64,000 nucleotides of DNA from Cenococcum geophilum (taxonomy: Eukaryota), in contig CP158635.1 of the NCBI GenBank assembly GCA_050273025.1, positions 22,072,001 through 22,136,000 of the forward strand. Direction: 5' to 3'. The position numbers and the translations under genes were made by a program. The notes under the pieces were generated by a model that saw only the letters and a program-made list of their open reading frames with translations, was not told where the DNA came from and searched no databases. Positions 25,591-40,161 of this stretch are shown one piece after another (the first letter of the stretch is position 1; the number at the start of each line of letters is the position of its first letter).

Positions 25591-28500
25591 ATGCCGCCAC
25601 AAAAACTCGTTAGAAGGAGAGGTAGAAGGTTAAATAAGATACTAGAACAGCCGCTACCATATTAGGTGCCGGATACTTAAACTCGGAGAAGTTATGCAAT
25701 AGAGCGGACGCGACGGTTATGGGACCTTTAAGATTAGCTTCTTGCGCTTTGCGGAAAGAGCAAGGCCCGGTAGCTAAGTAAGATTAATAAGGCTATTGTA
25801 TTTTTATATCCGTATCGCGGACGTACGGAGCAGCTTAAAGTCCTTAGGTAGCTGCTATTTAAGGAAAAAGATATAATACTTATTGCAAGAACCTTATTTG
25901 GCAAGAGAATGATAATATAAGCAATACTATGTCTTCTTTAGGCCTTAGTTATAATTATTATCTTGCCACTTAATGCAATTAGTGTGGAGTAGAAGGTAAA
26001 GATTAAGGAGCTTTTAGGAATAAGGCCGGTTTATATATATAAGGATATAATATCTAAACGTCTTTTAGGGGAAATCTGCATTAGAGTATATACCTATATT
26101 TTAATATTGCCAGAGCTATTAGCTAGGAAAAAGTTCTATAAGATTCTTACCTACCCTACTTTCTACGCGCACGTTAGCTTAGTAGTAATTAATAAGGTGC
26201 ACCTTATAGCTAATTAGGGGGGTTTATTCCGGAGTTTATATATATAGCTATAGAAAGTATAGTCGTTATTAGGGCGGAGGCCTTGGTTTGCTTATACTGC
26301 AACGCTTAATAATATAACGTTTAAGATTATATAAGAGTTGGCGGGCTTTTAAGATAATGTTAATATAGTATAGATATTAATTAACTAGCCAGATCTATTA
26401 ATTATTAGAGAATACGTTAAGTAAGGGAGTAAGAAGTCCTTTAAGAGCTTATACTTTGTTATAGACCGCGCGTATAAAGAAGCTCTAAAAGGGAATTTAT
26501 TATTTATACCAATCGGAAGGATATCTAGTTAGATATCCGCTATATCTGCTTATTAGAAGGTTAAATATACGCCAACTCCTTACCAGATCCTAAAGACAAT
26601 TATCTTCTTTAATTTAAATGATATAATATTACAATACAGAGATATAATTTGTTTGTGGTTAATATATTATAGGTACTAGGAAGTATAGGCTAGAAAAGCA
26701 GTTCAGCTTTATTATATATTATTAGCTACCGCGGATAAAAATAGACTGTATAAGGAGTTCAGAAAGCCTAACTCTAAAATCCGCATTCTAGTCTCCTCTA
26801 ATACACTTACCCACGGCGCTAATATTCCTAATATTAATTATATTATACAGTATTGCATACTAAAAATAAAGTTAATTAATATAATATAGCAACGATTTGG
26901 GCGTACTACTTATAGTAGTAGTTAAATAGGCGTGGTAATATTCCTAATTAAGGATTAGTATAAAGGTCCGCGTAAAGATATTACTAGGCCAGCTAAAGGT
27001 TATAGTTATATAGGTAGAGCTTTCCAATCCTAGCCAAGTCAACTTAGTCGCGAATATTATATTAAGCGAGAGATATTATAAGAGGTATCGCAAGAAAACG
27101 GGGCTACTAATTTTGCTAGTAATATATCTTTAAAAGTGTCTATATACAGTAATACTAATTTTAATCCGTCCGCATCCGATATAGGGTAAGAGCTTAGCCT
27201 AGGTGGAACATCCGTAGTTCTACCTATGGATATCCTACTAAGGAAGCTAGTGCGGCGCCTAAAGACTAAGGCTAAGAAAAGAGTAGAGCTCTCCTATTAT
27301 ATCTATGCTCTTATAAATAAGAAAAAGGGCTGCTTATAAAAGATTATATTAGAGAACTATAAGAAACAGTCTCCGTCCGCTAGTGGCTAGGGTTATTACT
27401 CTAACTATAATCCTACTTTACGGGCTTTTAAAGAGTTTAATATCCGTAAGCCGTATATAGAGGGGATTCTAAGGAAGATGCAATAAAAGGCCTTTACCGT
27501 AAGCATAAAAAACTAGTTCTATAACTAGGCGGAGAAGAAATATTAGTACGCTGTTTAGAATTTAACCTTAAGCTACATTATATCTAATAAGTAAATTGCC
27601 GCTCTCTATAGCTGCGCTTAGTATATAACTAGCTATAAGGCACTTAAGAGAAACCTACCTAATTATAATTATAATCAGCTTGGTAATAATTTAGATAAGT
27701 TTATTACCTTTATTTAAGTGGAGGTAGAAAAGGCAAATTAGGCAGAGAGCTAGCTATTAGCGTTAGTAAGTAAATTAAAAGATAGCGTAGAGTGGATATT
27801 ACTATAGTCTGGGGTAGCGGAGAGGCGTATAATATTAGCAGCTCAAAGTCCGTAAATATAAGTAGCCTAGCTACCTTAATTAATATCCGCCGAAAATCCG
27901 CATGCGGGGCTGCCAATATTATTACCTTCTTAGTCTATATTTAGTAGGAACGCGCAGTAGGCTAGCCTAAACTCTAGTTAGCAGAACACCTTTAGGCCAA
28001 GTATACTAAAACCCCATAACGGATATTAGTCCCAGTAACGCGACAATTAGGTCTAGTTTTTAATATAAGGCGGATATCTAGGATCTTAAAGTTAGGCCCG
28101 CTCTTAGGTTTAACGTTAGGCCGGGTATTAATAGCCCTAGGGCAACAATTAGCGTTAGTTATTATCCGGTATTAAGCATCGGCCTCTTAGATATTAGGGT
28201 CTATACTATAACAATAGATATTAACTCCCTACAGCTCCTAGATATCCAAGTCTATACTATAGCATTAGAAACCAGTCTTTAGGGCAGGCTAGGTATTATA
28301 GCTTATAAGGTAGCTCTGCATCTCAACCCTTAGAACAATCTAGATATTAGAGCTTATAGCAGAGCATTAAGTCTTAGCCTTTAGAGCAATCTGGATATTA
28401 AAGCTTACAACGTAGTATTAAATCTAAATCCTTAGGGCAGTCTAAGTATTAGAGCTTATAGTGTAATACTAAGTCTTAACTTTTAGACAAGCCTAAGGTT

Positions 28501-28989
28501 TAATATTCGCAATATAGCACTAGATCTTTAATTACGAAAAATCCAAAAGTTTAAAATCTATAGCGTAGCACTAGTTCCTAGGTAGTAGAAAATCCGGAAA
28601 TTTAGAATTCGTAACGCAGTATTAGATCTCCGCTCCTAGAAAACCCCAAGGCTTAGAATTTAAGTTATAATACTAGATCTCCGCTCCTAGGAAACTCTAA
28701 GGCCCAGGGTTTACAGGCTGATATTTAATCTCCGCCTTCTGGACTAGGCGTAGTTTAGCATTCGCGTACTAATACTTAATCCCTGCCTTCTAAATTAGGT
28801 ATAGCTTAGAATTTACAGCCTAATGTTTAATCTCCGCTTTCTAAGCTAAGCACAGCTTAGAACCTATAGCCTAGTACTTAATCTCTGCCCTTAGTTTTGG
28901 ATATAACACAGCTATTAGGTCCGCCTCGCAGTAAGAGAAAATAGAAGGACGTATCTGCGCACTTTAAAAGTAAGAAATCCGCTTACTAA
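25591..28989 (+). pseudogene. RecQ-like superfamily 2 helicase of the AcademH-like element
   Basis: One frame from ATG 25591 carries motif I ART(S)FGK 25885; (DE)VH 26191 followed by (W)G..FR; TATL about 26296; KTIIFF about 26593; IRILVSS(DA)L.HGA(D)IP(D)I about 26778; QRFGR about 26890; and a Cys-rich RQC-like region about 27330-27410. The 3' end is approximate. Confidence 0.9.
28321..28890 (+). repeat. About 11 degenerate 51-bp (17-codon) tandem repeats in the helicase C-terminal tail
   Basis: Units start with TCT/TCC every 51 bp from 28321 (e.g. TCTCAACCCTTAGAACAATCT.., TCTCCGCTCCTAGAAAACCCC..), in frame with the helicase. Confidence 0.8.
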
Positions 28990-29347
28990 GTAAACCTAAT
29001 ATTTACTTATAACCCTTTTCTAGTACCTTAGTTAAGCAGTAATTCTATATTAATGTTACTTTGTAAGTTAACTAGACGGCGCCCACTTACTTTAATTAGT
29101 AGTAACTTAACTATAAAGGATTTGCGCGTTATAAATAAGCGTATATAAGGTGGTTAATATTTACTAAGGTAAGTTATAGCGGCAATTATTTGTTAGCGAG
29201 CTAATTTAATAAAATCGGCTGCGCGGATATTTACCTTTAATTAAGCTCCGTACTTCTTCTTTTACTAACCTTCTACCTTATAACACTATACCGTAAACTT
29301 TACCGTTATTATTTTACCTACTATCTATTAGCATACCACTATCTATA

Positions 29348-30907
29348 ATGCCTTTATTTACACCTCTAAATATATCTAATAGCTATTTAGTTAAGGAACT
29401 TAATATACGCGATATTAACGATAAAATAATTAAGGACGCTTTTAAGGACGCTTTTTCTTTTACTAATTCTTTAAAATATCTGCCTTGAGAGTAAGCTTCC
29501 TAATACTAAATTATACTTATAGCTAATATAATTTTAGGAAATATATACTAAAGCACTCTTTATCGGATATAGCAGAGCACTGTAATAATGCTATTGCAAA
29601 ATCTGCTAGAAATCCGCTTACCTCTTTACTGCCTACCTCTTTGCTGCCTACCTCTTTACTACCTACTTCTCTGCTACCTACCTTTTTGCCGCCTACCTCT
29701 TTACCGCCTGCCTTTAAGCCGCTTATTTCTCCGCCTCCTACTTCTAAAAAGTTTAATCCTTATTATACTTCTGCTTCTCTTAAGAGGTAGGCTAATAGAA
29801 TTACTACACAAAATGTTTAATATAAGATAGCCTTTAAATCGTATATATTAACTATACTATTTTAGTATCTTATCTATTAATTTACCTCTTATAGTAACCT
29901 AATAGAAATATTAGAGATTTTAAATAACGATAAAAAGAGCAATTTTAATAACACCGACTCTCCTAAAAGCTCTCCTCCATCCTTTTATAATCTCCGCAGC
30001 CCTTATAAGCTCCGTAGTATATAGACGGCCTAAGCTATAACGTCGGATATTAATATAAACAAGCGCCTTTCTATTTAAGTACTGTTAGTAAATAAATGGT
30101 ATACTTTAAAAGCTAGTACTTAGGAAAATATAAAAGAAGCTTATTAGCGGATATATACCTATATCCAGAATATTAAGGGTAACTCTGGTATACTACGCGA
30201 TCCGCTATTTACTTTATACGTTAAATAAGACTATAAATATCGCGTTTATAAGCAGAACTTTAGGCCTTACTTTAGAGGTATATACTTAAAATATTGCTTA
30301 AGTAGTAGGTCGTGCGAAAAGGTATATGCTAATAGTATACTACTATCCTATCAGCTAACACGTATATAGGATAGTTTGCTAAAATTAGAGCCGGTTACAT
30401 CTTAGCGCAAAATACGTACGCAATTAGCTTTTACTAGTAATCCAGCTAGAACGCCTACTAAGAAGGTACAATATCCGCATTTTAATAATATGGATATTAC
30501 TAATATCCGCATAGCTTTATACCCGCACTACCTCCCCTTTAGAGACCTCCCCTCCCCCTAAAACTCTTACTTGTAGTAATATACGCAGCTATAGAGGCAC
30601 CCGCTCTATCGCTGTTCCTCTTACTTTTTCACTAATTCCTAGCACGCCTGGTGCTGCTTCTAGTACTACTGCTACTTCTACTAGCACGGAAAATGTTAGG
30701 GTGTATTTAGCAATTGCTATTTCCGTGCGCGTTAATATAGTTTATAAACGAGTGTCTAAGGTAGCAAAAGATATTGGGGCTATAGATTACCGGTTAAGTA
30801 AGCTTAAAGGTTCTCTAAGTAAGATAAAGGATAAGCTTGCGTTTACGAGGTGTGGGATTACTGCGCTTATACGTAACGCTAGGTTACCGGATATAGAACT
30901 TAGGTAG
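29348..30907 (+). pseudogene. Cargo gene copy 1: intron-containing, Ser/Pro repeats, Zn-cluster-like motif, C-terminal coiled coil
   Basis: ATG 29348; GTAAGC...TTTTAG intron about 29491-29537; 15-bp repeats about 29620-29710; Cys-pattern region 30208-30315; heptad-like tail matches ORF 30701-30907. Confidence 0.6.
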
Positions 30908-32144
30908 ATATAGGTTAGCTATTACTATGGGTTGGCTATTATTACGGGTTTAGAGTAATAAAATAGTAACTCTTACCTCTCTGCTACTATATATAGGAAT
31001 TATATCTCTACCTTATATTTAACAGATATAATTAATATTATAATATCTATATAAGCTAAGGTAAAGATATCCATATAAGCTAAGATAAAGATATTTATAT
31101 ATCTGCACCGTCGATAATTACTAAGGTAAGTCACTATAGTAGCAATTATTTGTTAGTAAGCTAATTTAATAAAATCAGTAGCGTGGATATTTACCTTTAA
31201 TAACCTCCGCACCTCTTCTTCCTCTACTAACCTTCTACCTTACAACACCGCACCGTAAACTTTATTATTGTTGTTTTATCCACTGTCCCTTAACATTCTA
31301 CTATCTATAATGCCTTTATTTACACCTGTAAACGATATTAATGTAAATAATAGCAGCTAGGCAGTTAAGGAACTTAATATACGCGAAATAAACGAGGATG
31401 CTGTTAAGCATGCTATAGCTACTCTTACTAAGCCTTTAGACTTTGTTTCTAAAGACTAAGCTTTCTAATACTAAATTATGCCTATAGCTAATATAATTTT
31501 AGAAAATATATACCAAAGCGCTCTTTATAAGATTTAGTAGACGATAAAAATATAGATAGAGTAAAATCCGCTAAAAATCCGCGTACCTTTTCGCTGCTTA
31601 CCTTTCTATTGCCTATATCTTTACCGTAGACCACTTTACCGTCAGTTTCTTTGCCGTCAGTTTCTTCGCCGTCCACTTCTTCACTATTTGCCTCTTTGCT
31701 GCCGCTACCTAATACTTCTAAAAGGAGGCTTAATAAGGCTCGTTTATCTTCTTTTCTTAAAAAGTAGGCTAAAAAGGCTGCTGATACGAATCTAAAGGCT
31801 AAGATAGCCATTAAGTCGTAAGTGTTAGTTATACTGTTTTAATGTCTTATCTACTAATTTACCTCTTATAGTAACCTAAATATTTATAAGGTTTCTTTAG
31901 ATAGCGAATCTTTAGATAGCGGCAAAGATAAAGATCTTAATAACGCCGACTCTTATAATCTTCGCAGCCCTTACAATCTCCGCAGCCCTCGCAATCTCCG
32001 CAGCCCTCGCAATCTCCACAGCTCTGGTAATCTCTATAGTACTATAAATATAAATAAGCGCCTTCCTATCTAAGTGCCGTTAGCGAATAAATAGTACACT
32101 CTAAAAGCTAGTATTTGGGAGAATATAAAGGAAAGTCGCTAGTG

Positions 32145-35100
32145 TGTAACGGAACCTTGTAGCAAGTACTACAATAGGCTCGTTATTAGGCTAGGTGTGT
32201 AGGTGATGCAAATTAAGTCAACAACGTAATAATAACTGGTGGAGTGGTTGCCTAATAGATTAACTCCAATTATATTTTAAGAATCACTATAAGGAAGGAA
32301 CTATCTAGGTAGGGATTAAGGGTCCTTAAATACACAACCGTACTCCTATAAAATCCTTCTTGTACGTAATATACGTATACTCTATCTGCTCTATTACAGA
32401 TCCTATAGATCTTATAGATTATATAGATTACCTTACATAACTTATACTACTATTCCTCGTTATATAGTTCTACCAGCTCTATTTTAGACTGTACTTATAT
32501 TAACTAACTAGCTTCTTCTAACTCCTCTCTAAGTAGTTATAATATTATACTTAAAGCGTCCGTAACACTATCTCCCTCCTCTTTATCTTTGTCCTTAAAG
32601 ATTTTAAGCATCTCTAAGTTATTTACTAGAGGTATAATATCCGTCTAATTAATTTAGTTAATATTATTGCTTATTATACCTAAAGCTTCTTCTTCTTCCT
32701 CTATAGCTTATCAGTCTTAGACCATTACTATAATTCTATTACTAGGTAAAATTATACTATCTCCGTATTCTTATTGTGCGAAAGAGGGGTTAGTTTATAT
32801 TGCGCTAATAAGTCCTTTATCTCGGCAACCATCCTTTTATTTAGAGTGCACTAAAGTAAACGTTTATTCTTCCTATAATGTTTACTCTATTTCTAACGCT
32901 AAGTATACGCGTCCTATAACTCTTAGTAGTCTCTAAGTTCCCTAAGTAATTTGTTATAGGGTCTTATATTTAATCTACCGCTGTGAAGCTTAATAATAAA
33001 CTCTTAGTAGCGCTGGCAGAACTTCGTCATTCCTATAACGCTAAGAAGGAGGCTACTAATACTTAGTAATGAGCCCTTAATTCTTATCTGGCTGCGTCCG
33101 CTTGGCTAATCCGTCTTAAGAAGGTGCGTAAGAAGGTTCGTTTTAAGGAGTGGAAACTTATAAAATAAGGTTTACAGGAACTTAGTAATAAGGGAACCGA
33201 CTCTCTTCCTATAGTAAAGGGAACAACTCTAAGTAATTTAGCAGTCGCTCTTCCTAGGTCCCCCTTAGGTAACTTATTCTTTAGCAATCCTTCTTTATTA
33301 ATATTACCTAACCTATTTTCTTCCGATACTCCTATACCTTTCCTATAGCGTTCTTTAGATTCTCTAGTGGCTCCTAGGTAGTCTTAGTGTAGCCTATTTA
33401 CTTTACTTTATACTATATTTTATTATCTATGTCCTTATAACTAACGATCCTTAAAACTTACCATTTATCTTCTTCTTATCCTCTATACGTGTCTGCTTTA
33501 CAAACCGGTGGCTTAATATTCCTATATACTGGCTCTAGCATTATAATATACTATATAGGGTAGATATTTATTTTAGCTAGTAGATTTAACTTAAACGTAA
33601 CCGGTGAAATCTTTTACGTAATTTTAAAAGGTCTTAGTCTAACGTAGTCTAACTTCTTACTTAGTTGTTAACTCTTAAAATTTTTATATAATAGCCATAC
33701 TTTATCTCCCTCCTTAAGATCTAATCCCTTAGATCTCTTAGCATTATAGTACCTTTTTATTCTTTACTATACCACCTTAGCTGTTTCCATAAGGTTTATA
33801 TAAAGATTTATTAGTATCTTTATTCTTTACTTAGCTATGCTACTTATCTTCTTTATTTAACGTGGCGATAACGATATCCTTAGCTCGTATCCGTAATTCG
33901 CCTTAAATAGTAATATACCCATTCCTTCTTATAGTGTTATATTGTATATAAACTATATAACTAGTAATAACAATATCTAATTATTCTGTGCGTAATTAAT
34001 ATAATGTCTTAGATACTGCTCTAGTGTTTAATTTAATCTCTCCGTCTAGCTGTCTGTCTGCGGATAATATACGGTAGAAGTTGCTGCTTAAACTCTTTGT
34101 TCCGCTAAGAACACCTCCTAAAATACTGCTATGAATCTTAGATCTCTATTTAATATAATTTTACTTAGTACTCTATATCTTATAAACACTTCCTTAATAT
34201 AAATTCTAGCGATATCTTCTGCTAATATTTCTTCTATGCACGCTATAAAGTATCCCTACTTTATAAGCTTATCTACTATTACTAAGATTACGTTATAATC
34301 TTATCCGGTAATAGGATCTCTTAATTTTAGCAACTTAATAATAAAGTCCTATAATATAACCTCCTATAGTCTTTCTGGTATTTTAATAGGTTGTAGCCCT
34401 CTATATAGCTTATGCCTTATTAGTTTATTCCCTTAGCAATCTAGATACTCCTTAGTAACCTTCCTAGCTATTCTCTAGATTCCGTTAATAATATACTCCT
34501 TTTAAAGTCTTAATACTAAGCCTACAGCTCCATTATGTCCTTAAGTTAGTCCCTTATAGAAGTCCTCCATAAAGTATTTTACTATACTTCTTAGAATATA
34601 CTTTACTTTACGGTTTTTGTATATATCTATCTATAAATCTTCTAGCTATGCTTCTAAAATTCTCTACGCCTAAAAGCTTTCTAATATCTTGTAGACTCTT
34701 TCTAATTCGTCCTCTTAAGTTGCTATAATCTTTAGATAATTATACCTAATTAACCCATCTGTGTCTTTTTGCAGTAAAGCCCCTAATAGCTTCTTATTAT
34801 TTTATAGTTTAGCCTTTTAACTTAATGTATCGGCTTACGTGTTGTCTATACCCTTAGTATACTAAATCTTAAAATAGTATTCTGTAAGCATCTTCGCCCA
34901 TCTAACCTATCTTTAGTTAAGTTCCTTTATTATTAGGAATCCTATTAGGTTCTTATAATCCATCTTAACTATAAATAGTTTCTCTATACCTTATAAGAAT
35001 GCTCTCTATTTCTTTAATACTGTAACTATACCTAATAACTCCTTATTATAGATATTATAGTTTAGTTCCGATAGTATTATCTTCTAACTATAGTATACTA

Positions 35101-38100
35101 CTAGGTGCTATCTATCTTAATATTTCTGTATAAAGTATACCCCTAGTATAAAGTCTAATATATCTATTTCTATAACCGACTCTAGTTCTAATTAATAGAT
35201 TTTAAGAACTGGCTCCTAAGTAAACAACCTTTTAACTTCCTTAAATAGTTCTTATTACTTTTCTCCCTATACCTATAGTTCTTCTTTCTTTATTAATCGC
35301 GTAAATGGCTTAATATCCTTTAACTATTGCGCTATAAACCTTCTGCAGTAATTGCAAAACCCTAAAAATAATTTTAGCTGCGTAACGTTCTCCAGTTCTT
35401 ACTAATTTACTATAGCCTCGATCTTCTTTAGATCTATGCTAAATTAGCCTAGTTTAATAATAAATCTTATAAAATTGGTCTTCCTAGTAAAGAACTTGTA
35501 TTTTTTAATTACTACTAGTATCTGTTCTTCTTATAGTCTCTTTAAAACCCATTTAACGTATTCTCCGTATTCTTCCTTAGTTATTAAGTAGATGATAATA
35601 TTATTAAGATATACTATAACAAATTCATCCAAGTATTCTCCTAATATATTATTAATATGCTTTTAAAATGTTGCTAGTGCGTTTATAAGCCTGAATTATA
35701 TAACTAATGGTTTATATAGTCCTTCCTTTAACCTAAAGGCTGCCTTCTATTTATCGCCTTCCTTAATTTTAATCTAATGGTACGCCTATCTTAGATCTAT
35801 CTTTATAAAGATTTGCGTATTACCTATTCTGTCTTAAATTTCGCTAATTAAGGGTAAAGGATACCTATCCTTCCTAGTAATGCTGTTTAACTATCTATAG
35901 TTAATATACAGCCTTAGTTTGCCGTTTTTCTTTAGTACAAATAGTACTAAATAACCCGCTAATAACTGCGATGGTCTAATATATCCCTTTTATAGATTTT
36001 CCTAGACAAACTCTTTTAACGCCCTACCTTCTTCTTTAGTAAGCTTATAGATTAGAAAGAACCTTAAACTTACTTCTAGTTCCAATTCTATCTTATAGTC
36101 CTATACTATATACTCTAATAGCTTTTTACTTTTTAGTAACTATAGTTTCTTGCCATACTTATAGTATCTCTTTAGTATATAGCTTAGCCCTTTTTCTATT
36201 TCTTTATAGGTCGCTCCTACTTAGTACTATACTAACTTGGCTTATTATTACATCTTACATTATTAAGTATCTTTAATATTAACCTAACCTATAATCTAAT
36301 TAATCTTTAGATTATATTCCTATAATTAAGGCATTTCTAATACTGCCTTATTATTTTCTAATAGTAATATATTAAAAGACATCTTAACTTGTCTTCCTTT
36401 AATGGTTAACTAAATAGGTCCTATTTTAAGATTAATAATCCCTCCTCTATAGGCTATTAAATCTCCTATAATTGTTACTAATGGGTAAAAGTGCTCCTTT
36501 TTCCCGTATAGTAACCCTATTCTTTTAACTGCTACTAGTAAGATATAGTTTCTTATTACTCTACTATCTATTAATGCCTTAAACTGCTAATCTTGCCATT
36601 TAATTTGTAAATTTAGGTATTATCCTTAAATTCCTTTAAGGGTCTAAGGCTCTACTACTGGCTCTCTCTAGTCCCGTAGGCCTCTACTTTTCCTAACTAT
36701 TAGCTGCTAGATCCTGCCTATACTTAGTCTACTTTTAGCTAATACTTAGTTCGCTTTTTGTCTTCAATATACTATAAACACATATTTCTAGGATATTCCC
36801 ACTACTGTCGTCTATTTAGGCATTTTTCCGTAAAGAATCTTTCTAGTTAAAGTATTAAGTCCCCTTATTCTTAAACTTCTACTAGGTGCCAACTATATAT
36901 ATACTTAGCATTTTAATATTTCGCCTTATCTGTTATCTAATATATCCTTATTAGATAGTTCTAATTTTTATCCTTAGGTGCTCTATATATGTTACACGCA
37001 TTATCTATACATACGATCTATACTAACGTATAATATACTTAGTGTCTTAGGTTAACTCTTAGCTCGTCTTTATCCTTAAGTTTAAACCTCTCTCGTGTTA
37101 ACCTAAGTGTTATAACTTTATTTATAGGTACTAAGATTCGCCTTTCGCTTCTCTAGTCCTCTAATTACTCCTTTAGATCCTTTAATGTTATAATTAAGGC
37201 TCCTTTAATATAAGTTATAGCCTTCCCCATAATTGGGTGGTCTTAGATAACTTTTTTATCTAACTATATATAGAAATCTTCCTACTCGTTATTATGTCGT
37301 TGTCTATACCACTTTTAGTATAACCCCTTAAGTGTATACGGCTTATCCGTAAGGAAGTATCTTCTTATTACTACGTTATAACAGCCCTTTATATATCGTT
37401 CCTTAAACCTAGTTAGAATTCCTAGATCCTCTTCTTATTCTAGTTTAGTAAGCTACTTAGCTCTTAGTGTGCCTGCCCTAGGCCTATTAGTAATTCTTTA
37501 TATAGGTGCTCTATCCCTTATACGTCCTAATATACTAGATCTCTTATCTAGTTTCTGTTCTTGCTATAAGGTAATTCTTACTCTAAATTCCTCTATAGTT
37601 TCTTTCTTTTCGCGTCTTATAAGTAGATCCTTAAAGTCGTCCTGCTTCTTAATCTTAATATTAACTTTTTAATCTTTAGGCTGAATACTATGTTCCCCTA
37701 GTAAGTCTTCTAGGTCCATATATTTGTCTTCTAGTTTAATTGCTATTTATACTATAGATTCTCTAATCTATAAAGAAGCCTCTTGCTTCTTACTTATAGG
37801 TACCCTTATTTATTCTTTAAATTTTTAGTCCCTTAAATTCTTTAATCCTAAGCTTACTTCTAACTTAAGCTTAGCTCCCGCCTTAGTTTAACTAGGCATC
37901 TATAGTGTTCTTATCTCGTCTTAAGAGTCTTATGCCTTTAGGAAATTCTATCCTAAGCTTATTTATATATTTTTAAACTAAGCTACTGCCCTGCTCTATC
38001 GGTTTTCGTCTATTATAGGTCCTTAGGTATGCCTTATCCTATCTTAAGAATCTTAGTCGTTTCTTATCTCGTCTTAAGAATCTTAAGCCTTTAGCTTTTT

Positions 38101-40161
38101 GCCTTTATCAAGTGGTAAGCTAGCACTAGCAGTCGTCTGCTTGCTTAATCCCCTTTAGATATTACTCCTTTTGTCTTATAAAGCGATAAATGCCGTATTT
38201 AACGGTGTTATAATGCCCGTTACTAAACCTTGCTCTATAGCGGTCTTAGTCTCTACTTCTATAATTGCGTTATTAAGGTTTAGATACCCTTAGTTAGTTC
38301 CTTTATCTTCCTTATCGCTATTAATTAATAAATGCTCTAATTCTATTATTATTGTTACTAATCATTATCCGTACGTTACTGTGATATCCTAATCTAGCTT
38401 ATAGAGTTAATCTTATTCTTTATCTAACTCTCTAGTTCCCTTAAGTTCTCTTAACTCTAGCTCTTATAGCTAATAGCTTATACTATACTTAGCGTCTTTA
38501 TAAATTTAGTATACGTTATTATAACAAAACGTAAAACTTCTAATTAAATATTCTTTTATTTCTCGCAGTGCACTATTATTCCTCTATACGTGTGTGTTGT
38601 CTGCTAGTCTAGTTCCCTTTATTATATAGTAACTCTAACCATCTTTACAATCCCTTATAAAGTAACCTTATTTTCTGCAATTTACGTAAGCTCTATTTTT
38701 AAACTATTGACTTTACTATAGAGTCCGCCTAAACATCTTCTACTACTAAGATCCCTGGTTTAGCCTTTACTCCTTAGTCCTATAATTACTAGATCCTTAA
38801 CCTCTAGGTTTCTATAGTTTTTTACTCTATCTCTTATAGGTTTCTTTAGTACTACTTAGGTCTATTAGCTCTGCGCTATACTATAGTTTTTAACTTAGCT
38901 TTAGTTATTGCGTACTCTACGCCTTATATAACTATAAAACTCTATCCTAACCTCTCTTAGCCTATTCCCTTTAGTAGATCCTATTATCAATCTTTATCAC
39001 TTAATCTATTAGTTCCCTTAGGGTGGTTACATCTTCCATTAGGATAATTACGTCTTAGACTTTAGCCTTAAGTTCTTATTTATACTATGCCATAAGCGCC
39101 TAATTATTCCACTTAACTTATATAGCTAGCGTTTAGAATTATATTGTGTACTTAATTGCTAAAGTTCGTTACGTAATATCTTAGAGTTTTCTTTCCGCCG
39201 TGGTTATTGCCTCTGGGTCTCCAAACATCTATATAAGTCGCTCTATAAACCCCTCCTAGCTTAAAAATATAAACCGTATATCCTAATTAGTGGTTGTTAT
39301 TCCATTAGCTTGTATTTCTATAAGGTAAAGCTTAAACCACTTAAGTACTCTTCCTAATAGGAATAGTCCCGCATAAGCTATTCGGTCCGTAGGTGTTGCT
39401 AGCTTTACTCCTTCCTGCGCAACCTTAAAGTGTATTTATATAAGGAATTCCTTAAGCTTTAATCTTTCTCCTAAGAATCTTTTAATTAATAGTAACTTAA
39501 CCTTTGCTGCTCCTATCCCGTTAATCCTTTATTTAAGTATTATATTGTTTTCTATTAACTAATCAACTATTTATTATAGTTGTCCAACCGTTATAGGTTG
39601 TTATAAGTTAGTATCTACTATACTAGTGTCACCTCCTAACCTTAAAGTAGTTGCCGCCGTTAATAGCATTGTAGTGGCTGCTTTTAGTGGCATGTTATTT
39701 AACTTCTTATATTTAATACCGTAACTAGGTAGTAATTATATAACGGAACCTTGTAGTAAGTACTACGATAGGCTCGTTATTAGGCTAGGTATATAGGTAA
39801 TGCAAATTAAGTTAACAATGTAATAATAACTGGTGGAGTGGTTGCCTAACAGATTAACTCTAATTGTATTCTAAGAATTACTATAAGGAAGGAACTATCT
39901 AGGTAGGGACTAAGGGTCCTTAAATACACAACCGTACTCCTATAAAATCCTTCTTATACGTAATATACGTATGCTCTATCTACTCTGTTATAGATTCTAT
40001 AGATCTTACAAATTATATAGATTACCTTACGTGACTCGTACTACTATTCCTTGTTATATAGTTCTACTGGCTTTATTCTAAACCGTGCTTATATTAACCA
40101 ACTAGCTTCTTCTAACTCCTCTCTAAGTAGTTATAATATTGTACTTAAAGCGTCTGTAACA
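32145..40161 (-). mobile_element. Full-length Ty3/Gypsy family B copy 2, inverted relative to B1
   Basis: 423-bp LTRs at 32145-32567 and 39739-40161; TSD TAGTG/TAGTA (32140-32144, 40162-40166); the interior is the reverse complement of B1. Confidence 0.95.
32676..33300 (+). pseudogene. Antisense accessory gene of Gypsy B2 (Zn-cluster plus coiled coil; predicted intron 32905-32959)
   Basis: Homologous to 24050-24628; exon 2 reads ...ARLIRLEKVREKVR..E.KL.EQGLQEL after de-RIP. Confidence 0.65.

Noticed and set aside
25591..28989. Telomere-linked helicase or host RecQ/SGS1 gene
   Set aside because: There is no telomeric repeat array. The gene is RIP-mutated, implying it was repeated, and it lies inside TIR-bounded DNA opposite a transposase-like gene.
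29588..29830. Leu/Cys-rich 80-aa membrane-like protein
   Set aside because: It is an off-frame reading of the 15-bp Ser/Pro repeat in cargo gene 1.
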